NCBI GenBank assembly: GCA_964036045.1
Contig: OZ038378.1
Location: 30,814,001-30,878,000, forward strand
Source of the DNA: Eutreptiella sp. 'Long Island Sound 2002'
Lineage: Eukaryota > Protista > Euglenida
Length of the DNA: 64,000 bases
Direction of reading: 5' to 3'
The first letter of the stretch is position 1. Each line of letters opens with the position of its first letter. A program made the position numbers and the translations under genes. Under the pieces are notes generated by a model, which was not told the DNA's origin, searched no databases, and saw nothing but the letters and a program-made list of their open reading frames with translations. Positions 14,301 through 26,221 of this stretch are shown here, piece by piece.

Positions 14301-15961
14301 TTTGACGGGCACGCGCGCGCGCCAGCAGCAGCCTGCACAATTGGGAGGATTTTTTGGGTATGACGAATGACGACAACGAACGAACGAACGAACGAACGAA
14401 CGAACGTCCATACCACAATTAAATATATTAAGAGAGAGATAACTAGTGCGAATGCCCGCGCTTGAAGCGCGGGCCATATCACCATATCACCATAGCACCA
14501 TATCTCACACTGCACCGCATTTCACATACCCAATACAACACACCCCATGTCCCGTACCTCATATCCCGTACCTCATGACTCATGTCTCAAACATCATATC
14601 CCGTACTCTATGAGTGAAATATACCCCTCCTAAGCTGTACTCTGACACCACATTTGACATCGCGATTCGCATATTCCATATTTCCAAACACATCACCCAT
14701 GCCTCACACTGTGTACAACATACCGCATATCCCGTACCTCGTATCCCGTACCTCATGACTCATGTCTCAAACCTCATATCCCGTACTCTATAAGCGAGAG
14801 CGCCACTGCTGCCAAAAGCGCCAAAAGTCAACAGGCGGGATTATTCGTGCAGATACCCGGAACATCGATTGTGCAGTACATACAGGTTTTCGAAACACAT
14901 GATTCCATGATTTCAGATCGATTTCTCGTGCCAGAAATCGAAATCGCAAATCCGCCAGATGCCATTTGACGGGCACGCGCGCACGCCAGCAGCAGCGTGC
15001 ACAATTGGGAGGATTTTTTGGGTATGACGAACGACGACAACGACGACGACGACGACGACGAACGTCCATACCACAATTAAATATATTAACTAGTGCGAAT
15101 GCCTGCGCTTGAAGCGCGGGCCATATCACCATATCACCATAGCACCATATCTCACACTGCACCGCATTTCACATACCCAATACAACACACCTCATGTCCC
15201 GTACCTCATATCCCGTGCCACATGACTCATGTCTCAAACATCATATCCCGTACTCTATGAGTGAAATTTACCCCTCCTAAACTGTACTGTGACACCACAT
15301 TTGAGACCGCAATTCGCATAATCCATATTTCCAAACACATCACCCATACCTCACACTGTGTACAACATACCGCATATCCCGTACCTCGTATCCCGTACCT
15401 CATGACGCATGTCTCAAACCTCATATCCCGTACTCTATCAAACATCATATCCCGTACTCTATGAGTGAAATATACCCCTCCTAAACTGTACTCTGACACC
15501 ACATTTGACACCGCGATTCGCATATTCCATATTTCCAAACACATCACCCATGCCTCACACTGTGTACAACATACCGCATATCCCGTACCTCGTATCCCGT
15601 ACCTCATGACGCATGTCTCAAACCTCATATCCCGTACTCTATAAGCGAGAGCGCCAATGCTGCCTGTTGGCTAAAATCGCCAAAAGTCAACAGGCGGCAT
15701 TATTCGTACAGATACCCGGATAATCGATTGTGCAGTACATACAGGTTTCCAAAACCGATGATTCCATGATTTCAGATCGATTTGTCGTGCCAGAAATCGA
15801 AATCGCAAATACGCCAGATGCCATTTGACGGGCACGCGCGCGCGCCAGCAGCAGCGTGCACAATTGGGAGGATTTTTTGGGTATGACGAACGACGACAAC
15901 GACGACGACGACGACGACGAACGAACGAACGAACGAACCATAGCACAATTAAATATAATAA
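8348..15961 (-). mobile_element. Tandem array of family-A mini-Helitrons (9 full units of ~0.65-1.1 kb plus 1 truncated unit)
   Basis: 3' termini GCCCGCGCT-TCA-AGCGCGGGC + 7 nt + CTAG at 8348 (CCAG variant), 9189, 9877, ~10080 (degenerate), 10720, 11617, 12698, 13561, 14443 and 15090. Each unit starts (TC)TTA(A/T)TATATTTAATTGTG followed by (GTC)n/(GTTC)n microsatellites, the same 5' end as the large Helitron at ~30044, and contains 1-3 copies of a ~170-205-bp subrepeat. Confidence 0.88.
8520..15640 (+). repeat. ~180-bp internal satellite monomer (CTATGAGTGAAA..CCCCTCCTAAACTGTACTCTGACACCACATTTGACACCGCGATTCGC...) present 1-3 times per mini-Helitron; also throughout 30200-34040
   Basis: Successive monomer starts at 11781/11961 (180 bp), 33417/33596 (~180), 32581/32752 (171), 15253/15457 (204) and 8521/8687 (166). 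Confidence 0.85.
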
Positions 15962-15993
15962 CTAGTGTAAATGCCCGCGCTTGAAGCGCGGGC
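15962..15993 (-). terminator. 3' terminus of the large family-A Helitron (9-bp stem, 3-nt loop, 7 nt, CTAG); the second large copy has the same terminus at 34344-34375
   Basis: Minus strand reads GCCCGCGCT-TCA-AGCGCGGGC-ATTTACA-CTAG|T. The inward flank (plus strand ggccgtaccgac...) differs from the mini units (ggccatatcacc...). Confidence 0.9.
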
Positions 15994-16851
15994 CGTACCG
16001 ACAACAGGGCAGCTATACTCGTGAAGTTGGCCCCTTGGAGGAATCCGTAACTTTTGTTGAATGGAGTGTTGCAAATGGATTTTTACCACGTTGCAAAGTG
16101 TAACATCTATTAGGTGGACGCAAAACACTTCTAATGGGCATTATCTCTTTTGCGGTAAAGTATTCGGTGTTTGTATGTTTGTAGTGTTGTAGCTAACAAA
16201 TTCTGAAAAAAAAGTAATGAGGAGGACAGTTTAAAGGCACCACGTAACGCCGCTTGGTTAATTTGTACTTGGAAGTTGTCGAGGGTTTGAAAATTGAGCG
16301 GCTTATAGTAGCAAGCCATTGCTCTTTGGGAGAACCCAAAAAGAATTATGACCAACTTCCTTACCCGAAGGGAATGAAGATGTTTACCAGACACAATGTG
16401 GCAAATAATTGCGTATGAAAATTGTTTTGCTATTTAATGGGACGAAAAATACTTTCAGGCAAATAGAACCTTGACAATATTCACTTTAGAGGCAAGTTCA
16501 CCCACACACCAACAGGAATGCCAACGGACAATAGCTACAAGAAACGTGAATCTCGCATCATACAAGGTTCAAAGCGTTTTCCTACTTGCTGGCGTCGCCC
16601 CAAGCACATGTTCCTACAATGACACGGCTTGTACGGCGTAACGTACATTGTCAGCGGCTGCGCCCTTAGGGATAGAGGTTGACTTAGCACCAAAGTTGTA
16701 GTTAGGGTTAGGGCAAGGGTCAAGGTGAGGGTTCGTGTCAAATATATGTAGAAAACGGTTCGTTTCACATGTAAATGGAACGTGAACAAGACACAAGCCG
16801 GTGTCGAGTGGAACCACACGTCATCCAGCAAGGCAATGGACGACGGCAAAA

Positions 16852-19800
16852 TCAAGAAAAAATTTCAGACCATACAATGTTCGGAGTGTTTGCTTCCTTA
16901 GTTACATCCCCCCAAGCACGCTCTCCTAAAATGACGCGAACGCCACGGCGTGAGGTAACCCGGGAAAAGCCAACGTACAGCTGTCCATGGGCAAAAACTG
17001 GATTCTCCAAGAGCAACCCCAACCTTTCAAACGACTGCCCTTGGGAACGATTAATCGTCAAGGCAAAAGCCAACTTTATTGGAAATTGTCGCCTGATAAA
17101 TCTGATCGACAACATTTCAGAATCACCACACGTCAAATTGATGCGTGGAATGAGCACAACGTTTCCTTTTCGGGGACCTGAGACAATTTCTGCTTGGATG
17201 TTGAAATCCAGGCACTTTGTTACCAACAAGCGTGTTCCATTCATCAAGCCTTCCGTACGGTTGAGATTGCGCAGTAGAATGATAGGGGCCCCGACCTTAA
17301 TCTTGAGCTCGTGACGTGCCATGCCCGGAGGCTCAAGCTTGTTCAAGAGTTCCGGAGGATACGTAGCTGCATCTTCTTGGCAATCGGCACCAAGATAGTC
17401 CGCAGTGACATAAAGAAACTCCTCTCCTGCCAAGCTCTGCAGGGCCGCTTCATTGATAGCATTGGTTTCTTGATTTCGGGGTGCCAGGATACAACCAGAC
17501 ATAAATTCCTCCTTGCTCATGGTTGGAAAGACGTGGTTTACCAGTGGCCAGGGGTCATCGCTTGGGATCAACATGTCTTCTGGTATGGGCAACGGATTGT
17601 CGATGGTGTCCTCTCCAACGGATAGCAACCAGCGTGCAAACTCACGGGTCTCGTCATCGTCAACTTGAGAAGTGCCTTGCACCCGAATATTGGTCGTCAA
17701 TTCGAGTGTTTTGAAATAGGGCCAGAGGTACGATTTCTTGAGAGTAGCTGCTATCACGGCCGCTCGAGAGCCACGAGGTACAACAGGCAAAATTTGCCTC
17801 CAATCCCCTGTCATGACGACGGTCTTGCCCCCGAATGGAACAAGTCGCAGTGCTTCATTATTTGCACCCATGATATCTTTCAGCAATTCATCCAATACGC
17901 GGAAGCAATCGTTGTCTGCCATGGGAGCCTCATCCCACACAATGAGTTGGCACTCACGAAGTTCCGCGGCACGCTTGCTCTCCACAGGAATGGATGATGT
18001 TCCGCCCTTTTGCGGCGAAATACCAAAAGCTGAGTGCGCAGTTGAACCATCATCCAAAAGAAGAGAAGCGATGCCACTTGAGGCAACCGCAATCGCCCGT
18101 CGTCCCTGACTACGTACATAGGCCAACATCAAATTGTTCACGTAAGTCTTTATGCAGCCACCGCAACTCAAAATAAAGAAGCACTTTGCGTCGTTGTTGT
18201 CCAAATGAGTACTCGCAGTGACCTGGTCGTAGATATTGCGTTGCTGCTCTGTCAAGGTTGGCACACCATCCTCAACGACACGTCGCAAGTGTGCAACATC
18301 ATACCCTTCATCCTGACCGCTAGGCTTATCGGACGTTGCACTGGGCACTGGATATGGCATAGAAGGAAACGAGCGAAGAGAAAGTCCTTGCTTTTGTAGC
18401 ATGCTCTCGACCCGCAATAGGGCTTCATTCACAATCTCGGCATGCGTTGGCTCGTTTTTTGTGCTAGGATGTGTATGTTGCCAATTCCAACGAATGTCGC
18501 TGATGAACTCTTCCTCGTACTTTAACCACAGCTTGTAGGGATCTTTTGGGGAGTTGTACTCCAAAATGGTGCAAAAAAGAAGTCGTAGTCGGCCGGATTT
18601 GTAGTACATTTTTGCCTCGTTCAGGCATTGTTCCCACTCGGTGTCATCTTCTAGAAGGCCGCGACGTACGCATGCTTCTTGAAAAGTGGCACATAGGTTG
18701 CCGTTAACGGTACGCAAATCTTGGAAAGAGGTTGCACCAGGAACATGGTGTAACAATAGTCGGAGAAAGTATACTTCGCCCGCATTCGGGAGCACAAAGT
18801 ACATGCGACCAATTACCGTGTTCAGTCCTCTCTTCCGAATTTTCCATTGTTTGGTCTTTGCATCATACGTGAACCGCTCGGCATAGTCGGTGTACAGCAA
18901 GTGCTTACCGAAAGCATGATCCGGCTTGGCGTTGGACTTCAACCAAGCGTTCAGTGGTGTGTCGGGGGGTCCATCTCCAACGATGTCAGTAAGATGTTGT
19001 TGGTCGTGCCATCGAACGTGCTGCTGGTTTTCTAAGTGAACTGGTAGCCGCAATACCGGGGGAAATTGCTCATGTAGGTCAAATGCCAATAGTCTCCACA
19101 CTCCTTCAGATGTACAAATGTACCGACCCTCCACGAACTCCACAACTTCGTTGACTTGATCGTCTCGTAGGGTGGCGTCGCCCCGGTGGAACCCCTTGTA
19201 AATATACTCGTGCAAGTATTTGATAGCCGCAAGTGAGGCACAATACTCCACGTTAATGTGGCAAGCATATTTTCTGGCCAACGCACGCACATGTGGAACC
19301 ACCCAACGATTATCAAGTTCATGCCCCCTGCATGTTAAAGTGCGGCCGTTGTTGCGACGGCGATAAAGAGGATATCCAATCTCGCTGTTTGTGGTCATAT
19401 CTTGGAATTCCTTCGGGTACCGATTTTTACAACGTCCATCCTTCATGCATGCGCAGTTTGGGTCGAGGGAACCGCATGGACCGTGCATGTAGCATTTTGC
19501 AATAATCTCGTACAGCTCCGGGTCCTCATCCTTGTTTGGAATCTCGGCACAAATGACGGAATCATAATCCTCAGGTGTGAGCAATTTGTAGCCGGCGGCA
19601 AAGATAACCAGGATATGTGCATGTGGTAGCCCACGTTTTTGAAATTCGATGACATACATGTGGCCGACTGTGCGACCAAGACAGCCATCCCTCAAAAGGT
19701 CCTCTAACAAAGATTGCAGCTTCAGTTTGAAAACACGGGTAATCAAATCAGGACGATCATTTGGTTTTTGTCCTGGCAGTAGAACGGCCTCCACCTCTGG

Positions 19801-22787
19801 CCAATTGGGATTGGCTGTCATGGTAATGAACAGGTCTGCCTTGCCCCGTTTGCTACAAATAGCAATCCCATCCTGAAAAGCGGCATGAAGAGCGCGCGGA
19901 CTTCCGCCAAAAGAGCTGGGCAAAATTACCCGCTTTCCAACGGTTGAAGCGTCGCGATCACCTTTTTTGGTAGCATCTTCAACACCGAATACAAATGTGT
20001 GCGCAACTTGGACTGGTTCTGCGAGACATATTGCAAGCGTTGAGATTCCACTTTGCAATACTGGTCCACGATGTATTCCTCGTACAATTTTTGACATCGT
20101 TGCAAATAATTTCCAGTGTATGATTCCGGACGCTGCATGAGGTAGAAGGCGGCAAAGTCTCGGGCTGTAACCGTCTGATGGCTTTTTGGCTTTGGAGCAT
20201 TGTCTTGCTCTAGATTTTCGCATGCACCGCGCTGACGTCGATAAGTGACATTCAGGGGAATATCAGTTGTCCAGCCTTGCTCACCGCGCGGAAAAAGGAG
20301 TACAAAGTGTAAAGGATCGTAGGCAGAGTTCAGGTCGGTGATACGTTTGACTCCACCTCCATGCATGCGGACCGCAATGCTACGAGGAGCGGCGACATGA
20401 TTGCCATCCGGAATGAACGCTGCAATGTCGCTGACACGGGGAACATTGTAGGTGCGTGGGTCAACGTTGGCATTGCACCGCAGCAAGATGGTCACATTGG
20501 GGACCGCAAGTTCAGCCGCGTGTTGAAAAACCTGTACATAGGCATTGTGTGTGTTCAGCATAGCTCCCAGTTGGCGGAGTAGATCCTCTCTCAATTCCGA
20601 TGACAGTGGAAGTCCCTGCCATGCCTTCAGTTGATCTTCGGTTTCCAAAATGTACACCTGTGCAAACCGGGGTGGTTGATTTTCTCTCGGCGTCAGGGGA
20701 CCCATGCGGTGATACACATTTCCAGACACCCGAAACTGGTGGGGGCCACCCGCCATTGGCCCTTTCGTGAACCGCATGTCGATATTTGCTTCAAGAGAGG
20801 CCATGGTGAAGGCTGAGTTGTACTTTCGAATGTTTTGCCGAAAATGGCGTCCTTGTCCAGTTTGCTCGGTCAATAGGGTTTTGAGCGGTTCCGGTGGATC
20901 AAGCAGAATGGGAAGTTTCACTTGTCCGCCACGGCAACAAATGGTAGGTCGCTCGGCACTCCAACGTAAAGCGTGACAATGTTCACACTCCACTTCCATG
21001 TTGTCAAGCACGTGGCGCTTAATGTGGGTAAGATCTTCATCGGCCTTTGGTCTAAACAAGCATTCGTGGCGCAACCTTTGCATTTCCAATGCATGGGCCC
21101 TCCGCGCTCGCCTTTGCTCATTGATGTTGTCTTTGGCCTCTGGATATGATTCCCGTCTTTCCTCATTGATGTTGTCCTTGTTCTGCGTGTACGCCTCTGG
21201 ATATCGCTCCCGTCTTTGCTCATTGATGGTGTCCTTGTTCTGCGCGTACGCCTCTGGATATCGCTCCCGTCTTTGCTCATTGATGGTGTCCTTGTTCTGC
21301 GCGTACGCCTCTGGATATCGCTCCCGTCTTTGCTCATTGATGGTGTCCTTGTTCTGCGCGTACGCCTCTGGATATTTCGCCCGTCTTTGCTCATTGATGT
21401 TGTCCTTGTCCGCCTCCTGATATCGCTGCCGTCTTTGCTCGTTGATGTTGTCCTTGTTTGCCTCTTGATATCGCTCCCGTCTTCGCGCATTGATGCTATC
21501 CTTCTTTTGCGCGTACAGCTGTTTATATCGTTCTCGTTCCCGTCTTTCCTCATTGATGTTGTCCTTGTTCTGCGCGTAAGCCTCTGGATATCGCTCCCGT
21601 CTTTGCTCATTGATGGTGTCCTTGTTCTGCGCTTACGCCTCTAGATATCGCTCCCGTCTTTGCTCATTGATGGTGTCCTTGTTCTGCGCGTACGCCTCTT
21701 GATATCGCTCCTTTCTTTGCTCATTGATGGTGTCCTTGTTCTGCGCGTACGCCTCTGGATATTTCGCCCGTCTTTGCTCATTGATGTTGTCCTTGTCCGC
21801 CTCCTGATATCGCTGCCGTCTTTGCTCATTGATGTTGTCCTCGTTTGCCTCTTGATATCGCTGCCGTCTTCGCGCATTGATGCTATCCTTCTTTTGCGCG
21901 TACAGCTGTTTATATCGTTCTCGTCTTTGCTTATTGACTTCGTCCCTGACATCTTGATATCGTTCGCGTCTTTGCTTATTGAATTCTTCCTTGCTTTGCG
22001 TGCATCGTGCTCGTTTTTCGGCGTGTCTATCATCGCTTTCCCCTGCATTTAGGTCTAAATGTGGTTCTCGCGTTCGCTTTTTTCGTGCTTCTACACCATG
22101 CGTGTCCGCAGAAATGGGTTGTGCCATCACATTTGGAGATCCGAGTGCACGTGATGCACTGCTAGCCGGGTGGCCAAAGTTGGGGTTCATATGTGGGCTC
22201 AATCCGAATTGGCCTGAGCCAGGCGGCGGAATCCTCGCAAAGCTTTGGTGGGAAGATGGATCAAACCAAAGCTGGTTGGGAACATTTTGTGGGGGCGTTG
22301 GCAGATATGGAGGGAAGTATGGCTGAGCTTCGGACAGTAAAGCTGTGGGTGTGTAATTGACCGGCATGCGAAGGACACCCGGGGACGCAACGGCACTGGA
22401 ACTTAGAGGCATGGTGAAGGACAATGACCCGGGCGTTGGGATTGGCCCCTCAAATTGTACATTTGGAGTGGATGGGGTACAGCTTGTTGCCCCAAGCGGT
22501 AACGGCAATGGGCCAGGTTGAACGTTTGAAGTTTGTACAGGTGAAGGATTGGATGATATTGACGGCGAGGAAGCTTCATGCACGGCAATAACTATCCCCA
22601 AAAGCATCATTGCTGACATAAGATCCCTCCAAGCATAGTGGTCCTCCGCTTGCCAAAAGAAAAGACGACCCGTAATCCGCTTTTGAGTTGCATCCATCCA
22701 ACGGTTGAAAATGGGATAATAGTGCATATTCTGTTGTACGAAAGCATGCACTCTTTCCGCGTCATGGTTGGATAATGCAGGCAACAT
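16852..22787 (-). pseudogene. RepHel: Helitron RepHel transposase (Zn-finger + HUH Y2 Rep + PIF1 helicase), disrupted
   Basis: Motifs CEHCHALRW..CCRGG, DLFITMTANPNWPE, VIEFQKRGLPHAHIL (HUH), YLHEYIYKG, LIVWDEAPM, FGGKTVVMTGDWRQILPV, LAFALTINRSQGQSF and AHGQLYVGFSRV. Lesions versus copy 2: TAC>TAA at 21633-21635 (I translated 21632-21089 and it is open and in frame), a 1-bp deletion at ~19985, and Walker A GCGKT>GCIKT. Likely start is the MLP(A/T)LS Met at 22787; the frame is open upstream to 23081. Confidence 0.95.
21100..21960 (-). repeat. In-frame coding tandem repeats (48/57 bp; QEADKDNINEQRRERY / PEAYAQNKDTINEQRRERY) in the RepHel N-terminus; shorter tract in copy 2 at ~39480-40060
   Basis: Direct translation of both copies; copy number and order differ but the frame is kept. 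Confidence 0.93.
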
Positions 22788-23949
22788 GGCGCAACAATTC
22801 AACCTTGACAAAGAAGAAAGGGAAACAATAATGGCAAGAACCAGACTGTTCGGTGTGGCCTTGTATGCATAGCACATTGGATGTGCACTGGGGTTTTTTT
22901 TCTTGAAATGGTGTTTATTGATTGGTTGTATCTTGGGCGTACGTAGCCTTGTATGCATAGCACATTGGAATGATGTCCAGTGATTGGGTATACATGCGGC
23001 AAACCTCGACATGCTATAATGGCATCCTGCCCCTACCACTCCATCCTTTACACCTAGTTGCTCTGCCTTCTTAATTGTCATTCGCCAAGTGAGCCTTCAC
23101 TAAAAGGCACATTGGAATGTGCCACAGCCACAACTACACACTGAATTGTACATCGCCACCAGACATTCGTTGGATGTTGTAGTTGTGATCAACTATCTAG
23201 ATCCCTATTGACGTGTCCGTTTCTCTTTGTCATTTGCGGTGGAAATACTTTCTTCGAATATTTTTGAAATGTTGGAACCAGTCACGCAGTTTGATGCTGT
23301 AGTTGTGATCAACCGTCCAAGGTCCAATTGACCTAGGTCATTTACCTATTTATCCTTCTCATTTGCGGTGAAAAATTTTTGAACGGTTGCAACCACTCAG
23401 GCGAATCATGTACAGCCTACAGATTGGCCCGTTGCAAAAAAGCACAAATTGAGGCAGCACACCTAGAAACGGTTGTTCGGGACCGCATTTTTAACACGCC
23501 TGATCATGGCCAATGGGACTTTCCACATCGATATAATCCAACGGTCTCTTCTCTTCCTCCGTTCCTTGAAGAAGTGGGGGAGCCCAGCTTGGCAACGACG
23601 CTGATGGTTGTGCCCGAGGCATTATGTTTGATAGATGAGGTCTGAAATTGCAGCTTGTGTCAGTGCGTGGGTGCTTTAGGGCAAGGTAAGAAAGGCAAGG
23701 AAGACATCATGCAGGGCCGAGAAACATATTTCAAAAACAAAAAAAAGCAACGTTTTTGTATGAAAATAGAAAGAAAACATTTTGCAGGACCAAGAAACAT
23801 TTTGCAATGAAAAAGACAAGGTTTTTGTATTTTTTTTGTCTATTTTTGAAAATTGGGCCAACTGGACCCACAACTGGTCAATAGATTGCAAACTGGTCAT
23901 TTTACCTTACAAACTGGCAATGGGAAGTTGCGCGTCATGCCCGACTTAC

Positions 23950-24175
23950 AGGAGCTTTCCATCTCGTGTTCACCCCTACCACCAAAAGGCGGAGGTAACT
24001 TCCACGTGATTTCCCAACCCTCCAAGCGGTTCGGCTCTTACCCACGAAGGGCAGCCCCGATCAAAGGGCACATGACAACCCACCTTGGCGGAAGGATCAC
24101 CGACTTCCAGGCCGGGCTGCCCATGGAAATTGGAGTTGGGCCAAAGCCACACTCGACCATCCAAGGCCGCAGTAC
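23950..24175 (+). repeat. ~230-bp dispersed internal repeat; also at ~45270-45485 and ~50770-50990
   Basis: The block cacccctaccaccaaaaggcggaggtaacttccacg...cactcgaccatccaaggccgc occurs three times in the same orientation. Confidence 0.85.
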
Positions 24176-26221
24176 ATAGTACGCAGTACGTAGCCACGTA
24201 ATTGCTCTGTTGTATTCAGAATGTACTACACCAACCTCCATTTTGCAATCCTCAACGTACCATCAGCCGAGTGTCGTTTTCAAGAGACGGCATGCCACTG
24301 GCTAGAATGGTTCGTGATGTGGAACATTGGTTATCTAGAACCCTTTGACCTCGTGCTGATATGAAAGTAGATTTCCAAACGTCACCAAAAAAAAAAGCAA
24401 TGGTCGCCGGTAAAACAACTGATGAAGATGATTCGTCAAATTTGCTCTCTTTGGGGTCCAACATCGCATGTGCTTCAGACACCTTTTTTTTTCCATGGTT
24501 CTGCTCTTTTCCACGCAACAGACCATCTTGCATATTGCAAAACCATTGTCTGCATACACACACTGACCACAGACAGCATCAACAGAAAATCAAATCCGAC
24601 ATCAATTCCGCTGCTGTTTTGTGTGAGCATGAATGTCCCTACTAAACCTTCAAAACATAAGAATACATCACGAAATTGCATGCATTCAACCAAAATGATG
24701 GAATGGCAAATTCACTAACAAAAATAAATGTTTCAATGAAAACCATGGTGGCCAGGATTGTGCACTCAGACCCAATGCTGCATGAATGCGTTCAACACAG
24801 CCCATATCTCAAACCACCAACTTGCATTTGAATTGAAATGGGACCAAGGGACCGGACATCCAGACCCACTTCTGCTGCAGCATGAATGCGTTTAATAGAG
24901 CCCATATCTCCAACCACCAACTTGCACTTGAACTGAGATCGGATCAAGAGCTCTCAATTTGGCCAGCACGTACGATACGGAATGCGCTTCTGCACAAATG
25001 ATGCGAATTGTGCTGCTTTACAGCGGAACGAGCCTGAACACTCCAAGTCTTTGCTCCCATGATTGCGTTTGCTATTGGCAGTTGCCCAACAACTTTGTGT
25101 GTTGCCATCCCGTACGTTAAACACACTTCTAACCCCCATGAAAATCTACTATTAACACCAAGCCGGACCATAACCCTTGGGGGCATCTTCGCATAGCAGC
25201 AAATATTGTGGGGACCATGCAGGTCACATTAAAAAGCACCCATTGTAAAATCATGCACAATCAAGCAAGTCAAACCTCCATGCGGGGCTGCACCCTTCCC
25301 TTGGGGGGTAGCTATCTTCTCTACCTATCAACCCCTTATAAATAATACACCATAAATATACCATAAATAACCACTTCCACACAAAAACATTTCAACTCAA
25401 AAACTCCAATTGTGCACTACGTACGTATTTGGATCGTGCACCTTGCTTTTCCTCCCGTACCAACTATTTTCAGAAAAAAATTGACACCCCCACCTCATGA
25501 TTGTTGCTTGTTGGTAGACCCCTCCCTTTGAGTAGTGGTGTGAATCTTAATCTATTTCAATCCTGTCACTGAGGTGGTGTTGTAAATAGGTAGTCAGTTT
25601 CAGTTTTTTGCGCCAGTCCAAAGGGTTTGCATGTCATAGTTTGTGTGTGGCTTGCTGTTTTTGCATGCTATTTTTTCTGGTTTTGTTTGATTGCAACCGT
25701 GAGGGGATCACAGAATTTCAGCGCGTCACTCACCGCTCTGCACCTATCAAGGTAAATAGCCCTGAGTAGCCGGGGCTGGAGGAGCGCTGGCCATTCCATC
25801 CACTGTCCATCCCACAGAAGTGGGGAATCTACCCATACAGGCCGTCAGGACAGCTTCAGGGTGGCGGGCAAAGCCGGGCAACTCCAGACACCCAGGTCAA
25901 CCCCAGGTCTGACCTACCCTTCAGGGTGCTGCAGCCCATGGTGTACATGAAATCCATGTTGCACTTGCGCATCGCTCAAACATCCATCAACTGCGGGCAC
26001 TCCACACCTTGGATTGCAAAATCCCACATAACACAGGATCTAAACTACAGAGCAGCAGGCAATTTGCATTGGGCAGATTTTAATGAAAACGTACAAAGCA
26101 CACATTCACATTTGAATCCCACAACGACTGTCCTGGCCATTGATAAATCAGATCCAATTACATAGTTTGGGACAGCATGTGCCATGATGGCCACGACTGC
26201 AAGAACCAAAAAGACTTCCTT

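Noticed and set aside
8904-15946. Numerous 60-137-aa ORFs (RRSSYPKNPPNCARCCWR etc.), also at 29800-34500
   Set aside because: They are products of repeat units with frame-shifting microsatellites; starts and frames are inconsistent between copies.
8348-15961. CRISPR-like array (regular palindromic repeats with long intervening sequence)
   Set aside because: The 'spacers' are homologous to one another and 0.6-1.1 kb long, the palindrome is a Helitron 3' hairpin, there are no cas genes, and the DNA is eukaryotic.
16702-16731. Telomere-like/G4 motif TTAGGGTTAGGGCAAGGG..GAGGG near the Helitron 3' end
   Set aside because: Only two perfect units, and the third and fourth G-tracts are not conserved in copy 2 (35086-35115); insufficient support for function.
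20918-22052. Alternative-frame and antisense ORFs (MSKDGSDI.. and LLIDVVLV.. repeats), also at 39300-40128
   Set aside because: They are shadows of the RepHel coding repeats; the apparent hydrophobic 'membrane' repeats are the antisense of charged codons.
22788-23081. 98-aa N-terminal extension of RepHel (MTIKKA..)
   Set aside because: Not rejected as open, but not used as the start: homology with the 42668 paralogue begins exactly at the downstream Met. The true start needs transcript data.
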